Assembly (NCBI GenBank): GCA_013239625.1
Contig: MU053758.1
Span: 682,001 to 746,000 of the forward strand
Source of the DNA: Lama guanicoe
Lineage: Eukaryota
DNA length: 64,000 bases
Reading direction: 5' to 3'
Position 1 is the stretch's first letter; the number at the start of each line of letters is the position of its first letter. A model generated the notes under the pieces. It ran no database searches, was not told the origin of the DNA, and was given only the letters and a program-made list of their open reading frames with translations. The translations under genes were made by a program, and so were the position numbers. This document shows positions 35,621 through 48,568 of the stretch, one piece after another.

Positions 35621-37704
35621 TCTCTGTGAAATCTGGGTTCACTTTGCACATTTCACAACCAAAAAATATAACACCTAGTAAAGCAGAGTTCCAGTCAGGC
35701 TGGAACTAAGGCTCCAGTGGTGAATGAAGTAAGATAAGGATCAAAACCCCTGCCCGATCATACCCTGATTTTCAAGGGCCCAGAAGTCCTGTGTCTTTGA
35801 ACCTTTTCTTTAGTGATTTAGGCATATACAGGCAATTCTGGAGAATAAAGTGCTGTGGTGGATAGATTGCTTTTTCTGTTCAACAACCCTACTCACTTTA
35901 AGAAACAGCAATACATGTTGTCTAGAGCTACTTCTCTCCCATTTCCACCCATTTGGTTTCTGTAGGAGCTGCTATGTTCTTACGTAACGCTGCCCCCATG
36001 GCCACGACTGACCCAGGCTTGGCTAGTGAGAGCCTGCTCTGTGGCCTAAGAAATAATGGAATCCAGGGGCTCTTGGACCAGCGGCATTTAAGGCCCACCC
36101 TTCCATGTTTAGTTATTCAACTCTTCCTTGGAATCTTGGTGATAAATTAATTTTCCTTTTTGCCCAAGGCTATTTGATTTGGGCTTCTGTCTCACACAAG
36201 CAAGAGTCTTACTACATAGGGCCCTTGAGGAAGCTGGGTTGTTAGAAAGGATAAGAAGGCTGTTGAAAGAAAATCACAAAAGTAAGGATGGAGTTGGCAG
36301 ATGGGCCACACTCAGTGACACAGCTTGAGTGGAAAGCAGCACATGGTTATTCTAAGCCCTCCCGACCCGGCGTCTGCAGGTACTGGAGTCCCTGTCAGGT
36401 GAAGGGTAAGCACGGTCACACCTCACAGGCGGCATAGCAAAAGACGGCACTTTACAAAATGAGCCAAGAGAACAAACAAGGGCCAATGGGTTGGCAGAGG
36501 CAGAAATGATGCAAATCTGTGACATAACCCTGGAAACATCAGAAAGACATAAGAAAGGAGAAAGAAGGACTGAGATAATTGCATTTGAGAGATGGGGGCT
36601 ATTGATCCAGCGGTCTTAGAGACATACTGCAAAAGTGATCTCATCTGGTAGTAGCCGGGAGCCCACACTAAAACTCATTAGCACAAAGGGAAGCCACTGA
36701 GGAAGCCCAGATTTGAGCCAATGATTTAGTAAGATTGACCAAAGATGGAAGATTCCAGAGGTCAATGATCAAAGCTCCTTGGGAAAAAATTCTGAAATAA
36801 GTATCACTTGCCTTCAGATCCCTTTTGTTTTCCATCCTTCCTTGGTATCCAATCCCTCAAGTTGATTTTACTATTAATACTTAATTATTTTTTAATATTC
36901 ACCCAGGCCTGAATTCTCTTGGGTAATGCTTAGGGTCCCAGACATTTCCTGTTTTCATGTGCTATCAAAATTTACCAGCCTGTATCCTATATCAGCCTTT
37001 TAGGACAGCTACTAATCTGATAAACTGATATGTACTTAATGGGATAAAGAGTGAGACTGTAGCAACAGGTTAGCCCTGCCAGGTAATTCATATTTTATTT
37101 ATTTATGAATTCTTATTACCTGACACTGTTCCAAGCACATACCAGGTATTCAGTTCATGTCTGCTGAAATGAAATTAATGGAGTATGCTTCTTTTTACTC
37201 AAACATTCTGGAGACAATACCTTACTCAAAATTAAGGGCCCTCACTCATGGTAAAAATTGTAAGTATTGTGGCACATCAGAGTGGGGGCACATCAGATAT
37301 TTGGGGACAGATGGACTTTCAACCTTCCTCAAATCACACCGTGAGGTCAGTTGTCCATCCTGGCTCTGTCTAGGATGGAACTTGGACTGCAACTTGTTCC
37401 ACATGAAACATTAATTGAGTATTTATTTTGGGAGTCTCTGTTTTGGCACTGAACATCTTTGGGCACTCAGTTAATACTAGAGCACTAAACAGGCAAGTAT
37501 TTTGGTCTCTAAAGAATACCACATTGTTTTTTGACACGAAGATGATATTATTTACATGGCATTTACAGGTCATGATTGGGTCCAATCATGAGAATGGAAA
37601 TATTCAACAACTATCAGGTTGTATCTTTTTTGAGGGCAGCCATATTGTCTCTACATGTTTGTGTCCTAGTGCTTTGAACATAGTAGGGGCTCAATAAATG
37701 TTGA

Positions 37705-37760
37705 AGAAAGGAAGGAAGGAAGGAGGGAAATGAGGAAAGAAGGAGAGGAGGAAGGAAGGA
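37705..37760 (+). repeat. (GGAA)n-like purine-rich simple repeat, tail of an L2 fragment
   Basis: gaaaggaaggaaggaaggagggaaatgaggaaagaaggagaggaggaaggaagg follows gctcaataaatgttgaa. Confidence 0.8.
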
Positions 37761-40700
37761 GCCTACAATGGCATTCCAATTTCCTTGGTAACTAAAGACT
37801 CAAGGTCTTTTTGTAGTTAAGGTCAACGGCAGTCCCAAGGAACAGAAATATTTTGCTGTGTTTTGTTTCCTTTTTCCTCTTCTTGTGAAGCTGATGAATC
37901 CACTGAGGACTAAATCTGTAATCTGGACTCCAAACAACATGATGGCCCTGCCTCAAGTGATCCTACAAGCTGAAGTACTAACACCTTGGTCCAGCAAGAG
38001 TAAAGCATAACAGGTTTCCTCCTCCTCCTTCAAACACTAGAAGGAGCTTTGCTGCAAGTGCCAATTCTGGCCTGAAGCCCATGGTAACCCCTGGGAATTG
38101 AACATACCCTTTTGTTTGCCACACTGATGATGCCAAACTTGGGGCAAGGAAAATGGGTTACTTTACATGTTCATCACCACTTGAGTAAGCAAACACTACA
38201 GAAGGATACTGCAGAAGGCTGGGAAGTCTTTTAGAATCATAATTCTGGATGTTAGAGTTGGAAGGAACCTTATTTCCTCATGTACAGTTGAGGAAAGGGA
38301 CCCTTTAATAAAAAGAAAAGATAATCAAATTGCCTGTCCCAGATGATTTAGTTACCTAGAAGACATGATGCCAAACCAGATATTCTCTTGGAGTTCCTAT
38401 AAACTCCATTATTCTTTGATTTCATGATTCTGTGTTGGACACCAACCAATAACGTCCCTGAACAACCAGACTCTGCTCCCCTCTGTGGCCTGAGAAAAAC
38501 AGTGTAGATTGGGTGGAGGCGATTGTGTGGAAGCCCACAGTCCTGTCGCTTATGTATTTTCTTCTCCAGAATCTTCCCTCATTTGGCATCAGCTAACACA
38601 GGAAGTGGTAATGCTATTATCTGCAGATTCAGCCAAATCACCATTTCCTGATTCTAATGTTCAACTACCGCTTTTGAATCCTCCCCCCACTTCCTCTCTG
38701 CTTCACTTTGAGGTTCAAAAGCATCAAGGAGGTAAATTAGTACTCAGCTGAGCTGAGTGGAGCCCTGACACCCTTGTGGTTCTGCCGTTAATTTGCTGTA
38801 ACTCGGGTACATCACTTCTCCAGTCTGGGCCTCCGTTTTTCCCTGTAAGTTACAGGGTTTCTAAAGTCCTTTCCAGCTCTGAAATTCTGAGATTCTTTGT
38901 TGAGATTTGAAAGGAAAATCTTATGGACCAGTTCCCTTTGGAAAGAGAACTGTGTCATACAGTCTTATGAATCTCTTCTTAGCCCAAACTTTTTTTTTTT
39001 TCAGAGCACTATACTGAAACAGTGAAAGAAATCAAGGAAGCAAGGTGACTAGTAACTGAAGTCTACCAGTGTCTCATGTGATTTTACAAGTAGACTCAGA
39101 GGATGCTAGCATCAAAATGGCCAGAGACGCTCACTGCCGAGGCTGAGAGGAGTTCAGCCTTTGATACTGCTATATTCCTCTCCGAGCCTCTATTTTCCAT
39201 CAGTTTAGCACAAAACTCTGGTCTCCTACTCTGGGCCAGCTCAGAAGGAACAGGATCCTAGTTTTGTTTCCAATTCAGGACGGTGATAAGGAAGTCCCGC
39301 TGAGGCTCTCCAATGGCAATCCCTGTGCTCTCTGTTTTTAACCATAGAATTCGGGTTAGAAGCCCTGGTAACTAGCACTGGTGAGATGAAAAACTCACCC
39401 CCTGGGGCAGGATTCCACTGGGGACTGTAGAGTTCTCCCCTATTAAGCATAATTGGGTACCATCTTCTCCTGGGGATTTTGGAAGCTCTCGGCCTTCTCT
39501 TCCCCGGGCGTTTTCTCCCTGGGGCAAGATGTTGAAAGTTGGAGGTTAAATGACTTGCCCAAGGTCACATCGTTGGTGGCAGAGCAGAGATGAAAACCTC
39601 AGCCCATCTTCCGAGTCCTTAGTCTGGCTCTCGTTGGACCATGCCACAGCTGCAATATGTCAAAGGGAGAGTCGCACCTCCTGAGGATACTGGGAAGGGA
39701 GGCCAGGTATTGATGTGACTGCCATTCCAGTCCCCAGTGACCTTTTATGTCCTGCAGCCTGCTCAGACTGCAGAGGAAGCAGCTCTGGGACAGTGGGGGT
39801 TGCCATATGCAGAGCTGCCCCGGTGAAGATAACAGGTTGTCTGTCAATGTATGAATCCCATGTATGGCCCGGACCACAGAGCTTCCGCTGGAGGAGAAAT
39901 TAAACCTGTCTCACATACCAATCCCAGTGCTCTGATTACATTTACAGAGGTCGTGGCCTGCATTCTGTCACCATGGAAACCTCTCATGCTGCCAGTGTGT
40001 TGTCTGTGTGTGTGGTTGATATTTAAAGGCAAAGTCACGGGCCCCCACTGCTAAACTATCAGCTGCCAGGGGCAATCGCTCTCCTTCACCAGCCCGAGTC
40101 CTGGTGTTTCATCCCAGAGATAAGAGGAAGAGGAAGAGCTGGAGAAAAGGACCCACCTGTCTCTAACAGGCAGGCCTTTTTAGTAGAGCCAGGTTTGCAG
40201 GGAGGAGGGCTGTAGGATGGAGGTGCTGGGATAGCTGATGTGGGGGAACCAGAAAGCACCCCGACTTTGTCAGAATACAAGCATCCTCTCACAGGCACAT
40301 GAGCCCAGTGTTAAGTGGAGCCCTTCTTTCCCTGTAACTTCTCCAAGTCATGAGCACATTTCAGAGTGGCCAGATGGAGCTGGGAAGGCCCCTCTGTCTG
40401 AGTGCGCTTGGTGGTTTTGATTTTTGCACATCTGGTAGCTGTGTGAATTGTGCTGATAACAATACTGTTCATGAAGGATTCCTGCTTCTTGCAAAGACCC
40501 CACAGCACTGTCCTGGAAAAAGCTACCAAGGGAGTGACTTATCAGGAGTCCCAGGTGTTGGAAGAGGTAAATAACACCTGATTCAACCGAGTAAGAAAAG
40601 AACACAAGTGCTGACTCGGCTTGTGACCATCAATTTTTTTTCTTTAGTCTCAAGACAATTATTTCCACACCATTGAATGGAGTGTAGATAACACCAGCAC

Positions 40701-41787
40701 CTTAATACGCTGGGAGCAGAGGCTGTTTAGAGGAAATTTTAAGCACTGTGAGCATAAAATGAACGTGAATATTCTGCAATATGCATCTTACAACTTGTCA
40801 TTAAGTGGATGGCCTCAATGATGTGATGCAACAGGCTTTGATTGGAATATTGAGCTCTGAAAGAGGAAATTCTGCATTAATAGTCTCACGATGTGGAATA
40901 TCATATATTACTCAGTAAGACGTGTCATTGTGTGGAGAGCACATGTGCTAAAAAGTACAGCAGCAGATAATAAAGGCTTGAATCTCCACAAGGCACTTTT
41001 CTTTAGGAATTTACAGCCACTCCCTGAAGCTGCTCAATGTCCTTGGGGGAGGAACATGGTATATCCTGAAATTACAACTGGGGAGATAAGTGGGTCTATT
41101 TGATTTAGCTTCTAATCCTCCAGATTATGAGAACCTCTTCATTTTTTCCAATATATTTTTTTCTATTTCTCAATTTCTTCACTTTTTCATCCAGTATCTC
41201 ATTCGCTTTTTTCTTTTCCTTTTTTCTTTCGTGAGTGTTTTATCCTTAGCAAATCACCCCTCCCTGTCACCTACCCCCCTTTCTGTGGAGCTCAGTCCCG
41301 TTGGCAGCCCTCCAGACTAAAGAGGCTACCACTCCTGGGATATAATCTGCCTTCTGATTGGTTCTTTCTGGGGCCTGTATTTATAGTGGAAACTTGGTTT
41401 CTGCCACAATGAGTGAAAAGAGGAGTTAATATCTCATGCCTTCCAGATGAATGTTTTCCCCATGTGGTTTGGAAGCACTGCAAGTATCCCAGAATAGATA
41501 GGGCAGGGAGGACATCTTTCGAGGTGGGCAGGGAGAATCTGCAGGCTGATTATCCCAATTTGTTACAGCCCTGTGCCAAGGAAGCCAAGGCCACTCCTTC
41601 CATCTCTTTAAAGGCAAGTTAGCTTCATAAAGAAGAAAAACTCTCATCCTTGGAGACCAATGACACCCATATCTCAGCCAGTCACTCCTCAAATATATCT
41701 TTCAAATGAGAGATTATGGATGATTCAGTATATGCAGTCATTAAGCACCTCCCAGGGGCTAGTTGTTACAGAGAATTACGGAGATGA

Positions 41788-42000
41788 TAATAATTGCTAA
41801 CATATATGAAGCACCTACCATGCTGCAGGCAGTTATAAACATTATTATATTAGCTCTTTGAATCCTCACAACCACCTTGAAAATACTAATAGTGTTGCCA
41901 TTTTACAGATAAGGAAACTGAGGTACGGAGAGGATAAGTAGTTTACCCAAGGTCACAGTAGGCAAGTGGCAGATTTCAGCACAGGACTATCTGACGTCAG
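41788..42000 (-). mobile_element. MIR SINE
   Basis: aatcctcacaaccacc...ccattttacagataaggaaactgagg...cccaaggtcacag. Confidence 0.9.
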
Positions 42001-42009
42001 GGCCTATCA

Positions 42010-43420
42010 CCTCTTCAGCGGGGTCAGGATTGTGCTTTGGGATGTGTAGTCTGGAACATGGATGAAGACTGGCATGGGATAAAGGGAAGATTGGATGCTG
42101 AAGCCTGGACTGAAAGCCATTTCAATATCACTTCTCAACAAAGATAATGAGAACCCAACATAGAGTGGTGACACTTTGCAAACAAAGGAGGGTAAGAATT
42201 CAAAAGCCATTGTAAAGAGATAAGATCGGCAGGCTTGGTGGATGTTTGGCATGGGAATGAGGACGGGTCCAACATGAGTCCTACATTTTGAGTTTGGGTT
42301 ACTGGACAACAGCAATTTCTTAATAACTGTTATGGTTTATTGAGCATATACCATATACTATTTACACATACCATTTTATTTAAGCTTCACAATTACCCTA
42401 TAGGGTAGGGATTATGACATCCAATTTACAGATGAGGAAACTGAGGCTTGTAGAGCTCTGTCGAGAGGCTCTTTTGTATTTGTAGGTGGCCAAGCCAGAA
42501 TTGGGATAACAATCTATCTTTTTGACTCATAAGCTCATGTCATTTTCACTGAGCTTTGTTGCCATTACAAGGATTAAAGGAAGAGAAAATATCAAGTTAG
42601 TGGAACTGTTCAGATATCCAGGTGGAAATGTGGGACAGAGGTATAAATTAGAAGAGTAATCTGCATGAAGAGGAAAGTTGGGGCAGTGGGAGAATGAAAC
42701 CACTGGGGACAAGGGAAAAAAGGAGAGGAAGAGGAGAAAGGCAAGTGTAAAACTCTGGTGAATACCTGTGACTAGAAGGTGAAATGAAGAGAGCCAAAGA
42801 AGGAGGCAGAGAAATAACAGTTAAGAGAAGTGGGGGGACGGTATAGCTTAGTGGTAGAGTGTATGCTTAGCCTGAATGAGGTCCTGGATTCAATCCCCAG
42901 TACCTCCAATAAAATAAATAAATAAAGAGACCTAATTATCTCCCCTACCCCCAAAAAAAGATTAAAAAAAAGAGAGAGACAGGAAGAAGACCAGGATAGG
43001 GCAGTGCCAAGGAAGCTGGGTGCCCAAAGCAAGAGCAAGTGGCCAGTGTTGCCCCCAGGCTGCAGAGAGAAGTTGGTAAAGACTGAGCAGAGTTTAAGAG
43101 GAAGGAGGGCATCAGTGCCCTTGGGAGAGAGTCACTTCACTGGTGCAAAGACTGACAGGTAAGGAGAAAGGACAGGAGATCTGATGGAGGAAAGGAAAGA
43201 GAAGAAAGGATGAGATTGGAGAAGGTAGCAGGTTGAAGAAAGGTTTTTGTTTGTTTGCTTGTTTTGTTTTTAGGATAGAGGAGACCAAGGATGTTTGCAG
43301 ACAGAAGGAAAGACTGAATAAGAAAAAGATAGTGAGACTGAAGATCTGAAAGGTGGTAAGAGAGGGTGGGATCATGAAGTCTATGAAAAGATTCAAGGAG
43401 AGACATTTCACCCTTTAGAA
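42010..43420 (-). mobile_element. Degenerate L2 LINE interrupted by a MIR and the camelid SINE
   Basis: Purine-rich L2-like blocks, e.g. tgagtttgggttactggac and gatatccaggtggaaatg. Confidence 0.6.
42832..42971 (+). mobile_element. Camelid tRNA-derived SINE (Vic-1-like)
   Basis: Head ggggggacggtatagcttagtggtagagtg...gaggtcctggattcaatccccagtacctcc with Pol III A and B boxes, then (aaat)n, cctaattatctcccc and an A-rich tail. Confidence 0.9.
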
Positions 43421-46400
43421 GCAAGGAAAAGTAAAGTCTGAAAATCAGCACAATGAAGACTGATAGTGCTGTCTTGTATATGAAAGAACGTGGTTTAGCT
43501 GGTAGAAAATGCTGCCAGAAGGAAAGTTCAAGGATGTTTAGGACACTTAGGACAAGGATGTTTAGGAATAGGCATTTAGAAAGGAAAAAGCCAAAATGGA
43601 CACTGACACAATTCTGAAGGAAAGGAAAGAATGTATTTCGGGGACCTAACTAAAGGTTATTACACATAGGGTATCTATTAGGGGAAGGGTATTTTCTCCC
43701 ACTTTCGTGCACTGAAATAATCACCCACTGCTAGTGGTATCTGTGACTCCAGGGAGTGCTTCTGTTGGTGTTTGTGAATATTGGTAAATCTGACCAAATT
43801 ACATCAGTTTCTCTTAGTGTGTGTATTCCTCCAAGCGTGTGTGCACCTGTGCTGTGCAGGCAGCACTTTCTATCAGATTTTAAATAACTGTTCTCTCTCT
43901 TCTCTCACCTTGAATCCCCCTGCCCCAACCCTGAATTCTAAGATTTTTACTAAAGTGAGGGAGAAGAAAGGGTAGCAATAAAGGAAGCGGCTTATGGAGC
44001 TTAAACTTTTGTCTTTTGAAATAATGGATGAAAGGAAACCAAAGAAAGCCAGTTCAACTTTTGTTAGGTTGCTTTCCTTCTATTACTTACCTTTAATCTC
44101 CTGATCACCCCCCAAAGAAAGGGTTACTCCTTCCGTTGTTTTCCAAAATTATCATATCTACAAATATTTAGCCTATAAAATTAGCCTTGGCCCCACCTGC
44201 CTCCCATGCAGATTAACCCATGGACTGCCTGCACATCTCACTCAGAGCGCACACGCTCCTCTGGCTGCAGCTGACACTTTTCGTGTGTCCCCCCAACCCC
44301 CACCTCCACTTCAGATTCCCAAGAGAACCAATCAAAGACAGAGAATGTCAGAATCAGCAACCTCTTTGGTCTTTAGGGCCCCTGTTCGGCTCAGCCAGTG
44401 CCCATGGGGGATGTCTAATGTGGTCTAAGGCACAGGCAAAGAAGCCTCACACGAAAAGTGATTGGGGAATATAGGGAAAAAAATAATAGGAATATGAGAC
44501 AAAGAACAAAGAAAGAAGTGTTACTCTCTAGATGGAGAGGGACCAACTAGGACTGTTTCACAGGGCTGCTCAGTGATCCCTGGGCTGTAATTATCCATCT
44601 CAGGTGTTCAGTTCTGTAAGAGCTTTGGACCAGCACTAGAAAACCAGGATTCTAATGCCACCACAGCCCCTGGTGAGCTGGATGGCCCTGGGCAGGGCAC
44701 TGGGTCAGTTCCTCATCTTAAATTTGATCACCCTGAAGATTCTTTTGAGTTTTAATAGTCCTCATTCTGTTCTGAGACTGTCTCACGGAGAACCTGCTTT
44801 GGGAGTGTTCCCTGTTATGATGTGAGAACCTGCTTATTTTGTTGCATGTATTAGTGCAAAGAATCTGGAAGGGTGAGCTGGAAGGGGAGGCCATCAAAGT
44901 GCATTTGTATGAGTCTGTGTATGTTAGGACCCTCCTAATCGAAAGGTCAGCTAATTAGTAAGCGTAAGGCTTCTGGCATGCTGTGAAAACCTTGCAATTT
45001 AAGGCCACTGAACAATGCGCCGAAGCGAGCATCTTATGTCCAGCTCCTCTGCCTCAAGGGTGCCATGAGACTTGGTTTCCGGGGCCTTGCCAAGCATGCA
45101 GCGAGCCTGGTTCTTGGCACCAGCAGGATGCATCATCTCTCCTTCCACAGCCTTTAATGAAGTGTGCAGCTCTTGTCCTCATTAGGCCTCAACATCGTCA
45201 ATAAAAGAGTCAATAAACCCGGTTGATGGGGTTGGGACCAAGGGGCTGCGATGCAGCGGCCGCACATCCACAGGGCAGACATCAGCTCAGCCGCGTGTCA
45301 TGACCCAGCATCCAGGGATCAATAACCAGCTCGGGATAAAGCCCAAGAGCTGCCCTCTGCAGTTCCTCTCCAGACCCATTTCACCCAGGGCGGAGCAGTG
45401 CCAGCCAGCTCCTGCTTTGCTTGCAGTTGTTCCCACCCCATGCCTTCTGGGTGCCAGATGCTTTTGTTTCTTCCTGATTGAGCTCTCTGGGCACCCCATG
45501 GATGCATATTTAGTGAGTGCCCACCTGGCATGAGAACATGTAGACGGCATCTCCAAGCAGCCCAGAGGCTGGCATGGGCCCTGTTTTTTGTGTCTTCCGT
45601 CTGCTGACAGTGTGTGAGGGACCCCGGTGGACCAGGCGGTATACTTTCTGCATGTTGTGCTGCGGACTCCATTCCTGGCTGCTCTGCATCTCTTTAGATG
45701 CCCTTATCTTATCTAATTACAAGGAATTTCAGAATAATTTCATGGCCTTTGCTCCAAAGGACCTCTTATCTGTGAGGGCCCTGTATTTTAATCTTCTCAT
45801 TCTTTTGTTGTTTGCCTTTAAGTGGGAGACAGTTAAGAAGGGGATGCTAAGATCTTGCTGGAATTGGGGCTGGGGGGAGGGGAAGAAGAGGAAGGCAGAC
45901 AGACCTGGGATTTGTGTATTCTGCTCCATCCCCCTGCCTGTATGTGGAGACAGCTGGCTGCTTACTTCCATGACAGCCACATGGTACCCAGCCACACAGA
46001 ACAGGACCCGGGCAGGGACTTGTCTGCTGCCAACCTCTCCAGATCCCTTTGATATTTCCGACAGAGCAGTAAAGGACTCTTGACTCTCACGTTTTGCTTT
46101 GCCTCTCTCCACCTCCTCTAAGACTCCTCCGTGTGGTTTCCATGGCTACCCCCAATCAGATTTGGCTTCCTGCAAAATTGGATTTCAAAGAAGGACAAGG
46201 CTTCAAAGGAATTTGTCCATTTAACAGAATGTCATTAGGAGTGAGGCTAACTGCTGAACCAGGGTCCTCAGATGATTAAGAAGGGGCTGCGCTCATGTGT
46301 GGAGGCAGGTTTCTGTCTGCAATAAGGAACCTTGATGCAAGATGACAATGGCGTATTGGAATCTGCCAGTCACCACATCACCACACACTACCCAACGCTG

Positions 46401-48509
46401 CACCTCTCTCTACTCTGTCTCTCTAAAACCCGGAACAGATGTAGAATACCGTTGCCTCGAGTTTTTGCTGTTTCTCTCGGTATAAGGAAGCTATGACAGG
46501 CAGCGAGGCCTGATAGGATGTGCAATTACCTGAGTTTCTTGCTTTTTATCAAACAATCCATTAACTTGTAGCCTGTATCAGCATTTGACAAATATCCTTG
46601 AAGAAGAGGAGGAGGTTGTCAAATTTCCTCCCATTGCTGAGAGGAAAACAAGGCCAAGTGCTGGGTTATATATAGAAGGGATCTGTTTCCCTTGCTGTTT
46701 TTTAGAACAGTTTTAGATTTATAGAAGAATTGCAACAGTAGTACAGAGAGTTTCCATGTCTCCTCTCTTGTTTTTTAACACATGTCATAAGTACTCAAAA
46801 ATGATTCCAGAGTAGCTGTGACTTTATAGAAGGAGCAATGAGTGTGGTAAAAATGCCCCAGAGGGGAACTGGTATTGCTCCAGAGCCCGGAGGAGGCAGC
46901 CTGACCACTGCTAACTTTCCCAGGGCAAGAAGGCCTTGCAAGAAGGAGCCTGATTCCCCAGAGACTCTTGCCAGCCTCCATTCCCCACACTTCCACCCCA
47001 ATTTACTACAGCTTGTGGGTGTCATGTGACCCTGACACCAAGGCACCATTCCTCTTCAGATTGCAGGACTCAGATGCGTAAAGATGGCTCAAAGCCACTG
47101 TACCCCTTAAAGGATCAAGCCCCCAACCTAGAAATGGTATCTCAGGAGGGGAAACTATGCCAGGAAGCAGGTGCTGCTACAGGAGTCCTTTTGGACAGTT
47201 TCTCCTCGCTGTTCCCATCCCCCCACCCATAGTTCTGTCATTATTTCTCTGAGGCTGCTGTAAAAGCCACTGCACCCATCTTCTCTGTTTCCTCTCTCTT
47301 TACCACTCCCAATCCTTCCACATATTCTGTATGTAGAATCTGAAAATAGAAACTCCATTTTTTTTTAACACAGAAGGAAATTGGTAGAGGTGAAGTGAGA
47401 TGTGCAAGACCACATACTATACTGGGGCTAAGGTTAGCTCACTCCCTAGCTCAAAAAGTTTTCAAAGGATCCCCAGTGTCTCCTCAGTTGAGTTCAAATC
47501 CTCATTCTGACTTTCAAGTCCCTTCACAATAGAGCTTCAATTTTTCTTGACAACCGTAATTCCCCTTCACCATCCAGTAAGAGAAGGTTATTTCCCTGTT
47601 CCTCACGAGAAGGCTTTTCCATCTTTGTTTACTCCAGTCCTTCCACCTGGAAAGCACTCCTGCCCCTTCAAAGTCTGGTGTGTTCAGAGCCCATCTCAAA
47701 TGCCACACGCACCAATAAACACACATACACCTGCACTTCCCTCCTTTTCTTATACTCCTCTCCCTCCGTTTTTCATCCAGGGCCCTTTATACTTTTCCCG
47801 TAGTACCATATCACAGCCAGGACATCCACACCTGTGTGCTTTGGATTAGAGGGAAGCACACTTCTGTGAGCTTGTGCTTCCCTTTCCTCTGTCACCTTAG
47901 AGGGAAAGGGCTCAGTTCCTCTCCCTCAGCTTTCTCCCCGGGTTACCCCTTCTTTTCCCTTCACCCTTTCAGCCTAAGGAGGATGGGACACTTTGGCTCC
48001 CTGTGCCCCTTGCAGCCGGGCCGCTCTGATTCTCCCAAATGTTGGCGTCTTGAGATTATTTATAGGGATTTATGGTCATTTCCGTTAAATATCCTGGTTT
48101 GCCTGACAAGCAGCCGTTCTGCCCTGGTTTTCTGGGCGTGGAGGTGTGGGCTGGGTCGGGAAGGAGGGCTGTCCGGCTTGGCGGGGATTGACCTCTCCCT
48201 CCGATTCCGCCTCCTCGCGCCCCATTTCGGGCTTCACGGTGGCTTTTCACTCTGCCCCCAGGCCCGCCGTCCCTGGGGCGTACGATGGGGAGCCTCCCGG
48301 GAGCAGGCTGCCTCGGGTGGGGTCGCCTCTTGGTTTTGGCCGGGGGAGTCCTGGGGGGCGGGGGCAGGCGCGGGGCGGCCCCTCCTCCCTCGGGCGCAGG
48401 CGTGAGGGCCGCGTGCCCCGCGCACAGGTGTCGCTGCCTCCCGGGCGCCCCGCCCGCCGCGCGCGGCTTCCTGCGGGCGCCCCGCCCTGCGGCTCGGCCC
48501 GCGGCGCCG

Positions 48510-48528
48510 NNNNNNNNNNNNNNNNNNN
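48510..48528. other. Assembly gap (19 N) in the SKAP1 5' UTR/promoter
   Basis: Run of n characters in the most GC-rich part of the island. Confidence 1.
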
Positions 48529-48568
48529 CCGCCGCCCGCCCGGCCGCCGGCCGCCCGCCGCCCGCCAC

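Noticed and set aside
42832..42908. tRNA-like sequences here and at ~16050-16124, ~16350-16425 and ~62105-62181
   Set aside because: They are diverged SINE heads followed by SINE body or tail (one with a TSD), not tRNA genes.
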